Source of the DNA: Candidatus Bathyarchaeota archaeon
Lineage (GTDB): Archaea > Thermoproteota > Bathyarchaeia > Bathyarchaeales > Bathycorpusculaceae
DNA length: 64,000 bases
Assembly: GCA_963827165.1 (NCBI GenBank)
Contig: CAWGZR010000003.1
Location: 160,001 to 224,000, forward strand
Direction of reading: 5' to 3'
In this document: piece after piece, positions 9,518 to 19,617 of the stretch
Layout: every line of letters begins with the position of its first letter
Position numbering within the stretch: the first letter of the stretch is position 1
Translations under genes and position numbers: made by a program
The notes under the pieces: generated by a model
The model's input: the letters and a program-made list of their open reading frames with translations, nothing else
What the model was told of the DNA's origin: nothing
Database searches by the model: none

Positions 9518-10105
9518 TCAGACTTTGAGGTACTGGTCAGTTAAGCCTTCCCGCTCTAGCATGCCAAGCCAATCCACAATTCCCACGAAGCAGGTTTTGC
9601 GTTTCTCCAAAACATCCAAAATTTCGGCCACGACTTCCTCAACAGGTTTGCCCGTGACATCCAACTCGCAAACCCTTCCCGCATGCACCTCAACCGCCTC
9701 GCCCAAAACAACATCGATGATTTCAGCCTGCAAATTCTCCCAAAGCTTACTGCCCGTGTACCCACACTTCTCCATGAACTGCTTGAGCTCTCTGGGATCG
9801 CGACGCAGAACAAAGACTTGAGCGACATGCTCGGCTGGCGCAACGGCGCTGGCATAGTGTCCGTCGATGATGATGTTCTCGTTTTCCGACGCGTTTATGG
9901 TTTCGCCGAGTTTTTCCTGCATGCCTTCCTCGTTGATTATCAAGGTGTTGCGCTCTTTATCTTCACCTGAAATCAAGTTGTTGGTTTTTGCGTAGTCTGT
10001 GAGGTTGATGTATTGGCTGTTGGGGAGTTTGGCGGCTAAGGCCTTGGCGGTGGTTGTTTTTCCCGTGCAGGGCGTTCCTGTGATGAGTATGACTCTTTTG
10101 TTCAT
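9518..10105 (-). CDS. Adenylate kinase, Fap7/hCINAP (AK6) type
   Basis: ITGTPCTGKTT Walker A, IIDGH motif, ENLQAEI. Confidence 0.9.
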   Translation of the reverse strand: MNKRVILITGTPCTGKTTTAKALAAKLPNSQYINLTDYAKTNNLISGEDKERNTLIINEEGMQEKLGETINASENENIIIDGHYASAVAPAEHVAQVFVLRRDPRELKQFMEKCGYTGSKLWENLQAEIIDVVLGEAVEVHAGRVCELDVTGKPVEEVVAEILDVLEKRKTCFVGIVDWLGMLEREGLTDQYLKV

Positions 10106-10166
10106 GAGGATGTGTTGTTTGAGGAAAGTTTTATCCGTTCCGCTTAACTAAGCGCTTATTGCAACA

Positions 10167-11066
10167 ATGGAAAAGGCGGTTAAGATGAGCAGTTTAACGT
10201 TTTATTTGGTTGATGTTTTTGGGCAGGAAAAATACGCGGGCAACCAGCTGGCGGTCTTCGTAAACGCAGGTAACTTGTCGACGACGCAGATGCAGAAGTT
10301 AGCAAACGAGATGCATTTCTCTGAAACAACATTCATACTCGGAAATGATAAGTACATGGGAGGCTACGACGTTCGCATCTTCACACCCACCTCCGAAATC
10401 CCCTTCGCAGGTCACCCCACGTTGGGAACCGCATGGGTAATCAAAAATTTCGTTGCAGATGAAAAAGAAGACAAGGTAGTCTTGAACCTCAGGGTTGGGC
10501 AGATACCCGTAAGCTTCGAAAACGACGGTGATCAAGAGACGCTTTGGATGAAGCAGGTTCCCCCTGTTTTCGGAGAAATATTCGCTACTTCGCGCCTGGC
10601 TAAAGTTCTGCAGCTTAAAGAAGAGGATTTTGACCCTCGTTTCCCAATCCAAGAAGTCTCCACCGGCGTGCCATTCATAATTGTACCCCTGAAAACCTTG
10701 GATGCGGCCAAACGAGCGAATGTAAACATTGCTCATCTCCGCGAAATGGCGAGCCAAGTCCGCGGCGGCATTTTGATTTTTTGCGCCCAAACCATCAATG
10801 GCGGTACCGACCTGCATGTTCGCGTGTTCGTAAATCTGTTTGGTATCCCTGAGGATCCAGCAACAGGTTCAGGAAACGGTTGCCTTGCAGGTTACCTATC
10901 ACGCTACCGCTACTTCGGCAACGACGAGATCGACGCCACGGTTGAACAGGGCATTGAGCTGGGGCGTCCCTCGCTGCTCTTACTGAAAGCCCACAAATCG
11001 GGTGACTCCTTTCAAGTGGAAATCGGCGGCAGAGTATTCTTCGTCGCTGAGGGTAAACTTGCATAG
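10167..11066 (+). CDS. PhzF family isomerase
   Basis: DVF..GNQLAV, SETTF, EIPFAGHPT, EDPATGS. Confidence 0.95.
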   Translation: MEKAVKMSSLTFYLVDVFGQEKYAGNQLAVFVNAGNLSTTQMQKLANEMHFSETTFILGNDKYMGGYDVRIFTPTSEIPFAGHPTLGTAWVIKNFVADEKEDKVVLNLRVGQIPVSFENDGDQETLWMKQVPPVFGEIFATSRLAKVLQLKEEDFDPRFPIQEVSTGVPFIIVPLKTLDAAKRANVNIAHLREMASQVRGGILIFCAQTINGGTDLHVRVFVNLFGIPEDPATGSGNGCLAGYLSRYRYFGNDEIDATVEQGIELGRPSLLLLKAHKSGDSFQVEIGGRVFFVAEGKLA

Positions 11067-11112
11067 GGCTTTGTCGAAATTCTTATTGCCTGCCCATGTG
11101 CATTCATGTGTG

Positions 11113-11424
11113 GGCTGGCGAGTTGGTGTGTGGCTTTCGGACCCAAATTGATGGGTCTGAGGAAACTCCGCCCACGTGTAGAATTGCAGCTCCCCGAAGG
11201 GGCAACGCGAGAGCGTTGGCAACGGAGCAGAAACGAAACGTCCAGTTGGACTTGTCGATGACGCGTTTGTGACGCTGAGTGCGCCAACTTGGAAGCGGTG
11301 AAACGGCCGTCCTGCAAGTGGAAAGGGCAAACAGTCGCCGATGCGGAATCTACCCAAGGCGCGGGTAGCCCGATTAGCCGAATGCCACAATAACAGAAGG
11401 CGGGTTACAGCCAACACACCAGCC
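11113..11424 (+). ncRNA. rnpB: RNase P RNA
   Basis: Conserved regions GAGGAAACTCCGCCCA (P4 5'), GCAGAAACG, GTGAAACGG and AACAGAAGGCGGGTTA (P4 3'). Terminal GGCTGG/CCAGCC pairing. Ends approximate. Confidence 0.93.
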
Positions 11425-11466
11425 TATTTCACTAATACACCAGCCTTTTTGATTATTCAGTAGGTT

Positions 11467-12130
11467 TTTTTGCCTTCCTAAACATATTATTCCTTGAGGA
11501 GTTGTGCAGACATACTGTCAAGCCTGCTCGATCAATTCACCTGCTTCCTTTGCATCTTTGGCGGTTGCATGGTGATAGTTTTCAGCGTCATCATCAACTG
11601 GAACCAAGTGAGTGTAAACGAGGGTGATGTTTATGTTCCGATGGCCAAGAAGCTCCTTGACATTAAGAATGTTTCTTAGTCATAGCGTATTCTTTGGTAG
11701 CTTTGAAGTGCCTGAGCGAGTGAAACTTGATTTGCTTTAGTCGTGGATTCTGAATTCTCTGAGCGATGGAGGCTTTTTGTCGGTCATATTTCCAGCGAAA
11801 AGCAATCAGATTACTGTGGCCGAATATGTAGTCGTTTGTTTTCGGGAGCATTAGTAATCTGGCTGTCAGTTGGCTTGAGAGTTTTTCCTGTCTTGGGTTG
11901 CCATGCTTTTCTGCTACGCATTTCAGAGTGAAGTTCTCTTCATCAAGATCTGTCCACTTGCATTGCCATAGTTCGCTTATTCTGAATCCTGTTTCTTTGA
12001 AGGCTAAAACGCATGTTCCGACTTTTTTTGTGCTGGCGGCAACTAACGCATCAACTTCTTTTTCTGTCGGGATGAAGGGCAGCGATTTCTCTTGTTCTCG
12101 TAATATGCCGGTTCCCAAGGTATTTTTGGC
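11467..12130 (-). pseudogene. Tyrosine recombinase/integrase remnant
   Basis: ETGFRISE (R), FHSLRHFKAT (HxxR), then after a frameshift near 11675 LLGHRNINITLVYTHL (H, Y). N-terminal domain missing and a further in-frame stop. Boundaries approximate. Confidence 0.85.
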
Positions 12131-12298
12131 ATTTCAGCGAAAATATCATAGACGCTGACAAAATCCCGGTCTTACAAAAATTCACTAATGTTTCAAAATT
12201 CTGACTTGTTGTGTCTTCGTGTAATCACATACATAAATATAACAAAATCTAATCAATCTCAAACAAGCAAGCATGCAAAATTTTGGCGTGAAAGAAAA

Positions 12299-13073
12299 TT
12301 GTCAAAAACAACGAAGAATTTAAAGATTCTTGCATTGTTTCTGCTGACTTCGGGGCTTTTTATTGCAGCGTTAAATTCATGTGTGCCAAACGTGAAAGCT
12401 CAGGGAACGGACACTGTTGTTGTTTTTTCATCAATAGGTGGAACAACAGATCCAGATGTAGGCTCTTATAACTATAGTGATGGGTCTACTCAAACATTCA
12501 CAGCAACCGCAGGAGATGGCTTTATTTTCCAAAACTGGGAGATTGCCACTGCTTCAGGATCCTACTCAGACACAGATAACCCCCTCTCACTCACCCTTAA
12601 CGAAACTCAATACGCTATACAAGCAAACTTCCAAACTGTCGTATTTACCGGTCCGGTCAACGTTACATTGAACATGGCTACCGACGCAATCGTTGTTGTA
12701 TTAGGAGCTGTCGGAGGAACCGTAAGCCCCACACCGGGAACGTATGCATTAGCAAGTGCTACAACACTTAATTTGGTTGCGACTCCAGACTAGCGGATGG
12801 ATTTTTAGCCACTGGGTTATCGGTGGCTCTCCAATGAACCATGGCGCATATTCATTCACAGATACTCCGACAGACAACCCATACAACGTTAACCACGGGT
12901 ACGGAAACACTTACACTTACCAGGCTGTCTTCACTCCGGTCAGCTCATCGACTTCCCCAACACCAACATCTACAGTGCCTGAATATTCGTCTGCCGCCGC
13001 AGTTCTGGTCGCCGCCATACTACTCGTAGTTGCATTCGGGGTATTTTCCTACAGCAAGAAAGCAAGAAAATAA
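12299..13073 (+). CDS. Secreted surface protein with two beta-rich repeats and a VPEY-TM-basic C-terminal sorting signal; 1-nt insertion near 12791
   Basis: Signal peptide, repeats (GGTTDP..ATAGDGFIFQNW / GGTVSP..ATPD-SGWIFSHW), C-terminus VPEYSS + TM + KKARK. Confidence 0.7.
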
Positions 13074-13506
13074 AATCTCTTTTTCTTTTTTTTGGTGCGC
13101 GCTTAAAATTGCTTTTGTTACCGCATGCTGGGCAGGTTACTTTGGTCTGTGCGATTCGACATAATTGAGCGCTTTTTGGAGATAATTTTGCCGCAATGTG
13201 GGCAGTTGATGATGCAGTGGTCCAACCTTTCGTCTCCTCGGTTTCTGCCGGCTATGTGCCCGAACAAAAAAGATGGAAACTGTGGAAATTTGCCAATGTC
13301 GGTGTATTAGAGCCAATACACCAGCCCACAAATAACAGATTTTTGAAAAAAGTGAAAAGATGAATCTGGGTTTTGTATTAGAGCTTACAAATAAGACGAT
13401 GTTGTCTTCCCCGCCTCGCGGTCGCCTCAAGTTCCCCTTCCTTTGAAAAGCGTGGGATTTAAGAAGAAGGAGGGCGGTAAATAGTCTCAATGTCGGCCAC
13501 TTCGCA

Positions 13507-13755
13507 CTAGTCTTTGAGAGAGCGGAAAATTACGTTGCCGTCTTGTTCTTTTATGTACAGTTCATTTCTTTTTAGTACCCCGTTTAATGCTTCTTTTGAA
13601 GTGTTGTCTAATTCGCATTTTATCTTTATTTCGTATCCGCCAGTGGATACATGAGATACTTGTGAGCCGTCAAGGAAAACGCAGTTTAAGGCTTCCGATT
13701 TCTTTAAAGCGTCACGAATCTCATTCAACACCGCTAAGGCTTCTGATTTGTTCAT
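13507..13755 (-). CDS. Small hypothetical protein, paralogue of 19618-19863
   Basis: 82 aa with shared pattern A..L.EI...GY.I.IK...S...L. Confidence 0.7.
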   Translation of the reverse strand: MNKSEALAVLNEIRDALKKSEALNCVFLDGSQVSHVSTGGYEIKIKCELDNTSKEALNGVLKRNELYIKEQDGNVIFRSLKD

Positions 13756-14092
13756 AAAAATAGATGTGTAACAAGTAGTTTTAATAATTTATGCAAGCGT
13801 TATGACTGAAATTGCTTTGGCATCCAAGCAGCATCATATTTTACCAGACTAAACCGTTTTATTCGCGGAGCAGAAGCCCTAATTTGCTGCGAGGCGAAAT
13901 AGGAGAAATGGTCCCCAGATATGTTTCAATGAATGGCGGGTTACAACCAACACACCAAGCCTTTTTTACTAACAAACAAGCTTTCCGTTTACTATTTCAC
14001 TACTAAGTTAGGGGTCAAACTTGATTTTGGTAAAAAGATTTATTAAAAGAGCCTATTCTTAGTAAAATGTAAATTTTTTGGTGGTTGTTAAA

Positions 14093-14482
14093 ATGGAAGA
14101 CCGAAAAAACATAATTGCAGAGTATTTTAAGTTAATTGAGTCGGGAAAATTCAAGGAAGGTTTGCGTTTTTTTGCGCCGGAATGCAAAACGCACAACCCG
14201 TTCGTTTTTGGCGATATGAGTGCCCTAACTGACGCAATGATTGCTGCGAACAAAGAGTATTCTCCGAAATATCCGGAGGCTCAGTTTGCGGTGAGGTATT
14301 TGCTTGCAGATGGGGATTATGTTGTTGCCTACACTCAACTTATGGCTTCTCCAAGCAAACCAAGTGAAGGCGGGCTCCGCCAAATGCACCTGTTTCGTTT
14401 TGAAGGAGACAAAATTGTCGAGTCCTGGGATATCACTCAACAAATAATGCCAAATATGCCAAATGCTGCTGGCTCTTTCTAA
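14093..14482 (+). CDS. SnoaL/NTF2-like protein
   Basis: LLADGDYVV...MHLFRFEGDKIVESWDI. Confidence 0.85.
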   Translation: MEDRKNIIAEYFKLIESGKFKEGLRFFAPECKTHNPFVFGDMSALTDAMIAANKEYSPKYPEAQFAVRYLLADGDYVVAYTQLMASPSKPSEGGLRQMHLFRFEGDKIVESWDITQQIMPNMPNAAGSF

Positions 14483-14558
14483 AAGAGGCCAAGTTTTTCA
14501 CCAGATTTCAATCTTTTCTGAAAGCCAACAATGCAATCGAAGCTATAGTAATCGGAAG

Positions 14559-15178
14559 TCAACTTTTCTTGATTGGTTGCCTAATTATTGTTTTCATTTT
14601 TTCAGGAGTAGTTCTTGTTGCGTCAGTCAGGTAAATCTCGTGATGTTTTCCATTAAACTCGTAACCATTCTGTTTGATGAAAGTATGGATATTTTCTATT
14701 GTCGGCGACTCTGCGGAAAAGGGACCAACGTATAGAATCTGTGCGGCTAGAGCCTTCTTTGAAGTTCTGGAAGCGCAGTTTAGAGAGAGCGATAGGGCTT
14801 TTTTTCTTTTTAACTTGTTCTAAAGCTTCATTGACCAAGGCATCAGTGATAAACTTTGGTTGCATAATCAATTGCTGTCCAGTTCCAATTGGATTTGTTT
14901 TCTGAACTGAATCGCGTAGGCTCGTCTGCCCACCATAAGCTCTCAAGAGGCAAAACCCCATAATCTATCGCCATTTTCCCTTTCTTAATCATAAATTTTA
15001 GAGTGTATGAAGTGGAAAACAAACCTTCAATGGCATCTTTGTAATCCTGAGAAGTATTCGGGTCTCCTCTACCATCCGCCATCAGAAAATCGAATTCAGG
15101 AACATCAACAATACAGAACTCTTTCTTTGACGAGTTGTAAAAGTCCCTGAATTTTTTCTTAAGGTCCTCTTTCTCCAA
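14559..15178 (-). pseudogene. GyrI-like small-molecule-binding protein, frameshifted
   Basis: DLKKKFRDFY..FLMADGRGDPN..YTLKF..PLESLWW, continuing in other frames (MQPKFIT...; HHEIYL...RQPIKK). At least two shifts. Confidence 0.75.
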
Positions 15179-15306
15179 AACTGACCACAAAATGTCCGTA
15201 ACATACTCTGTTATTTGAAGTTAATGAATTATCAATCATTGTCTTTCGACAGGCAATTGCGTTTTGATATGTTCAAGTAATTTAGTAACTCGGCGAAGGT
15301 TAGAGA

Positions 15307-15813
15307 TCAAAGATTTCCGTTTTTATTTGGTCGCTTATTTGTCGGTAAGAGGGCTATTGAGATGTCTTGGCAGTTGCTTTGAAGGGTCGAAATTTCTATA
15401 TGAAGAACTTCAATCGCTTTTTTCTTGTTATATATTTCTTTTAACATTCTTGCTCGAAGGTCTTGCTCCATTGAAAGTAAGTCCTGTTTGTGGTCTTTGA
15501 GTTCTTGTTCCTCCGCCTTAACTTTCTGGTAAGACAAGTAAAGTTCTGAAACATCGATTGAATTCATTGTCTCACAAAGGGCTGATGGTTTTGTTTGATT
15601 GAATTCATCAGTTGATTCCAACTGTTCAGGCTCTTTGGTTATCTCAAAGTCAGCGTGCATTTTTCTTAATTGATCAATAACGGAGACATCTTTTTGGTCC
15701 ATTAGTTGGATGGTTTTTTCAGAAATGTCAATTCCCCCGTTTTGGGCCTGTTTGGTCGCTTTGTAATCCTGATCTATTATGTGTAAGAATATGTTTTTGT
15801 TTTCTTTTTTCAT
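15307..15813 (-). CDS. Hypothetical coiled-coil protein
   Basis: 168-aa ORF with a charged heptad-rich C-terminal half. Confidence 0.55.
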   Translation of the reverse strand: MKKENKNIFLHIIDQDYKATKQAQNGGIDISEKTIQLMDQKDVSVIDQLRKMHADFEITKEPEQLESTDEFNQTKPSALCETMNSIDVSELYLSYQKVKAEEQELKDHKQDLLSMEQDLRARMLKEIYNKKKAIEVLHIEISTLQSNCQDISIALLPTNKRPNKNGNL

Positions 15814-16037
15814 TCTTGTGCCCGATTTTGCTCTTTGTAGCTTTGTTCTCGAACTATATCTGCAGTATTAATACACCTCATATTGTTGTTGTGAAATATA
15901 AACTATAAGAAAAGGAAGTTTTGGCTTTAATGCCCCTTTGCACTTATGTTATCTCCAACAGGCGCCAGGTTACCACGAACCGCCGTCCAAAAAGCCTAAT
16001 AAGAAGACTTTTATCGAAAACCGGTTCTAGAGTAATT

Positions 16038-16615
16038 ATGAATAGTTTCAGTAAGGTTTTCGCTTTTGCTTTTGTCGTTTTTTCATCGCCTCTTTAGTTA
16101 TGGTGCCCGCTGTGAAAGTCAACGCAGATTCAAGTGAACCCCTGACGTTTTCTTCCGGATTGACTCTTTATTCGCCAGTAAACACAACTTACAGTTCTAA
16201 TACCCTGGAATGTAACGGCACATTTGTTGGCCCAAGCGAATACGAAGTCTCCTTAAACTACAGCGTCGATGGAAACTATCAAGGTTACGTACCTTGGACT
16301 CTCAATCAGAATTCAAGCAGCTTAGCAACTTACACGTTAGATTGGTCATTTCAGTTGCCTCATCTGGCTAATGGATCGCATCAATTAAGCATCGGAATCG
16401 AAAAACAACTATACAACAGTAATGCTACTCTAACCAGTCAAACGACATTGGTAAACATCGCTTACTTCACAATAAGCCCAAGTTTTCAATCGATCCCAAC
16501 AGCGATAGAGGTTTCTTTGTTAGCAGTTGTGCTCTTGATACTTGTAGCGATTCTTATCGTATTATATTTGAGGCATCGAAAACCCGTAACTAAGAAAAAG
16601 GGCAACAAAGTTTGA
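16038..16615 (+). CDS. Secreted Ig-like protein with C-terminal TM anchor; frameshift in a T-run within the signal peptide
   Basis: ATG 16038 gives MNSFSKVFAFAFVVF, which shifts near 16080 into ORF 16100-16615 (SPVNTTY..YSVDG..LANGSHQL, TM + RHRK). Confidence 0.65.
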
Positions 16616-16663
16616 CTGGGTTAATAGTTCGCCACAGCAAGCAAATTGCGATAAGAAAAGGTC

Positions 16664-17380
16664 CTATTTCTGCTTGCCTTTTAAGCTCTTACCTTCAGAA
16701 AAGCTTGTGACGTATTTCCAATCTATGTTCTTTTCCCAAAATTCTTTGAATGACTTTCTGTACTTTGGCAGTCGTGATCTTCCTCTCCAAGTGCTCTTGT
16801 CCGCGAATTTCTTTATCTCAGCGGACGGTTTGAAATAGGCAATTGCGTTTTTGGGGCTTAGAACGAAGGGTGGGTACCCATAGTACATGTTGATCCAACT
16901 GGCGATTAAGCTGCCTGCTCTGTGGTTACCTTCGATAAAGAGTTGAGGGTACCCCAGTATTGCGACGTAAATTTCAGCCGCCACCTTCAGTGGATGGGGC
17001 TCTTTTTCCATGTGGTTTTGGTACCATTTTATTATGGGATCGATGTTTCGAAAGTATTTTTCTTCATTGGCTCTAATTGCCTTAACGTATTCTTGGCGCA
17101 GCTTGAAGTCCAGGCCATAATGAACCAGATTATTCAGTTCACATATATCTTCGAGGCTTTCAATTGAGAATGGTTCAACGCCTTTTCCCAGTAATTCATC
17201 TAGCAGCCCGTAGGCGTTCATCATCCTCGATTTAACCACGGCGTTGAACGGAGTATCCTTTCTCCCAATCTTTTCTAAATCAAGTTCGTCGTCAATCTTT
17301 TCCCAGTTATTTTCAACCAGGGTCAAAGACTGTTCAACCTTTGGCAAATTTATTCTCAGTATGTCTTTTTGCTTAGGCAT
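16664..17380 (-). CDS. Fic/Doc-like protein with degenerate motif
   Basis: YPQLFIEGNHRAG resembles HPFxDGNGR. Confidence 0.65.
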   Translation of the reverse strand: MPKQKDILRINLPKVEQSLTLVENNWEKIDDELDLEKIGRKDTPFNAVVKSRMMNAYGLLDELLGKGVEPFSIESLEDICELNNLVHYGLDFKLRQEYVKAIRANEEKYFRNIDPIIKWYQNHMEKEPHPLKVAAEIYVAILGYPQLFIEGNHRAGSLIASWINMYYGYPPFVLSPKNAIAYFKPSAEIKKFADKSTWRGRSRLPKYRKSFKEFWEKNIDWKYVTSFSEGKSLKGKQK

Positions 17381-17585
17381 TTACCTAATTGTAACTCTCA
17401 AATCTAAAATAGATTACTTTATTCGTCTAGCAGATGGTTGGAGCACGACGCTGTTTGCTCGGGAAAAGGCGTTCCATAAATCTGAAAAATATCTCATAAA
17501 AAAGATTAGGCAGTTCACCAAAAGATTGTTGATGCTTTTTTACAGTCACATATCCTTAAGTGGCTGGAGTTATTGTGGTTTGTAG

Positions 17586-17996
17586 GTGATTTTGTTGAGG
17601 TTTTTAGTGATTGGTAGAGGTATTGACTATGGTGGTCCGATGGATCCCGCGGATTTTGTGGCCGCTGCGGAATACATTATTTTGCCGAGCATTCAGATGC
17701 TGAAGGATTGGGAAGACAAAAAAGTGATTGTCGGCGGATTATTCGCGGGTCAAAGAGCCGGAGTAATGATTATAGAATCCCCGTCTGCCGAAGAGCTAAG
17801 CAAGAAGATGAATAGCTTGCCGTTTTGGAGCCAAAATAGCTGGGAAGTTATTCCCCTTCAGACATTGCAGTCAGGAGTAGACGATGTTAAAGCGCAAATT
17901 GCTCGCGCGAAAAAGATGGCTGAAATGGCGCAGGCTGCCAACGTTTCTCCGATGCCCACTGAAAAAGAAACAGGCGGAGTTATGCCGCAATTTTGA
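17586..17996 (+). CDS. Muconolactone-isomerase/DUF3303-like protein
   Basis: GGLFAGQRAGVMIIESPSAEEL...SLPFW...EVIPL. Confidence 0.65.
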   Translation: MILLRFLVIGRGIDYGGPMDPADFVAAAEYIILPSIQMLKDWEDKKVIVGGLFAGQRAGVMIIESPSAEELSKKMNSLPFWSQNSWEVIPLQTLQSGVDDVKAQIARAKKMAEMAQAANVSPMPTEKETGGVMPQF

Positions 17997-18121
17997 AACT
18001 ACCGATTATCAGTCGCCTGCCTGAAATATTAGGCTACGATTAGGTCGGCTCCTTTTTTCTTTCGCAGATGCCTCACACATTTGGCCCGATTTTTCTCAGA
18101 AAAAGCGCAAAAACAGCGTAT

Positions 18122-18634
18122 CTATAATTGCAGGTTTGCCATTTCTATTTTTCTACGAAGTATTCTTGACCGAGTTTCAAAATGAACCCTCTTGTCACTT
18201 AATGGGAGGTCCATATCCTCAGCGGTTACCGCCAAGATTTTCTGCACCATAACTTGAGCGGCTTTCACGGTCTCCTTGTCAGGCGAGATTTCTGTTTTCT
18301 CACAACACCCGGCGCAGCAGCTTGAAAACGGAAAATTTAATTCCAGCTCAACTACGCTTTTCTCGTAATCGTAATCCGTGACGGTAAACGGCTCCAACCT
18401 GCAAACTGCGGGTCTGACGCTGTAGATAGCGCATCTATTATTCTTGTCTAAAAAATAGCAGCCACCGTCTTTTTTTCTGCGGATCCAAAGAATCCCTGTT
18501 TCATCAGGGGACTCCAAGAAATTCTTGAATCCCCGCGCTTCTATTCGTTTCCTTTCCGCATTATCTACGTCAGGCGGCTGCATGCGGCAACAAACTCCGC
18601 AGCCGCGGCATTGGAAAACCATAGGAACAGACAA
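18122..18634 (-). CDS. YkgJ family cysteine-cluster (CxxCxxCC) protein
   Basis: FQCRGCGVCC, CYFLD..RCAIYSVRPAVCRLEPF. Confidence 0.85.
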   Translation of the reverse strand: MSVPMVFQCRGCGVCCRMQPPDVDNAERKRIEARGFKNFLESPDETGILWIRRKKDGGCYFLDKNNRCAIYSVRPAVCRLEPFTVTDYDYEKSVVELELNFPFSSCCAGCCEKTEISPDKETVKAAQVMVQKILAVTAEDMDLPLSDKRVHFETRSRILRRKIEMANLQL

Positions 18635-19090
18635 TTATGCAATCCTCAAAGTTCAAGTTCATCGCTTGATTAGGGAAAATTAGTTTATTTAGGTTGTGCG
18701 AGAAACGTAAGGATTTGAGAGAAAATTAGTTGTTTATATGGGCGGTTTTTTGATTTTGAGGAGAATCAATATGAGAGTCGGTTGACATTTTCTTTTTTTG
18801 CTTACGCCTTATTGGAGTTTGAAGGTTTTGACGACTAAGACATTGCTTTGCGGTTGTGTTTATGAGGAAAACGAGTGGATGCTTGTCCGAATAAAAGAAT
18901 GCGAAAAGCACCATAAACAGCGAACCAAAAAAGTGGAATACCGGCCAAAAGCAGAGTGCAACAGAAACGACACACGTGGCGAATGAGCCGCTTATCCATT
19001 AATCAACGGATAGACTTTATAGCAAGTTCAACATTAGGCAAGAGTGCAAAGCGATTTGCAAAGTAACGTAATAGGAAGTGAAAAAACAAA

Positions 19091-19234
19091 ATGTCATACG
19101 GTAGCAAAGAGATGCACAAGGCAACCTGCGCTGACTGTGGAAAAGAATGTGAAGTTCCTTTCAAACCAGACGGAAGCAGGCCAGTATATTGCCGTGAGTG
19201 CTATTCAAAACGCAGACCACCAAGAAGATATTAA
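19091..19234 (+). CDS. 47-aa CxxC-x17-CxxC zinc-finger protein (below ORF-track cutoff)
   Basis: MSYGSKEMHKATCADCGKECEVPFKPDGSRPVYCRECYSKRRPPRRY*. Confidence 0.9.
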   Translation: MSYGSKEMHKATCADCGKECEVPFKPDGSRPVYCRECYSKRRPPRRY

Positions 19235-19374
19235 GCTAATCAGCTGAACATCTTAACCCAAATTAACAATTTTCTTTTTTCTTTATTTTAAACCCGAATT
19301 TTTTGCTAAAAGCAAATAGATACGAAAAATGTTTTAACCTGTACGTTATTCTTAACTTTATATTGGGTGACTTA

Positions 19375-19503
19375 ATGCCAAGTGTAGCAAAACGAAAAGC
19401 AAAAAATACTCAGAATGAACAAAGAAAGAAAATCGATCGCGAAAAAGAAGCGAAAAAGAAACAGATGAGGCAGCAGCTTCCGGCTAAGGGCCAAAAACGT
19501 TAA
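19375..19503 (+). CDS. 42-aa basic microprotein
   Basis: MPSVAKRKAKNTQNEQRKKIDREKEAKKKQMRQQLPAKGQKR*, with GGTGA RBS upstream. Confidence 0.6.
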   Translation: MPSVAKRKAKNTQNEQRKKIDREKEAKKKQMRQQLPAKGQKR

Positions 19504-19617
19504 AGCCTTAAGCCAAAGTTCGCAGCTGGTTTCGAATCCTTGAAAGAAATCATGTTTTTTCAGGGTGACTACTGAAAGTTTTTATTTAGTTGTTCCAGTA
19601 ATAGATAACGATCGTTT

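Larger units (their letters stand above)
11396..13984. mobile_element. Decayed integrative element at the rnpB 3' end, bounded by att-like direct repeats 11396-11447 and 13931-13984
   Basis: Degenerate duplication of the rnpB 3' end, adjacent integrase remnant, accessory cargo between the repeats. Confidence 0.75.

Noticed and set aside
10980-11417. Minus-strand ORFs of 145 and 101 aa
   Set aside because: They are antisense to the RNase P RNA and the phzF end, and the translations are not protein-like.
15865-15880. gtattaatacacc as a further att-like site
   Set aside because: Only the right arm matches. Spacer and left arm are absent, so chance is plausible in AT-rich DNA.
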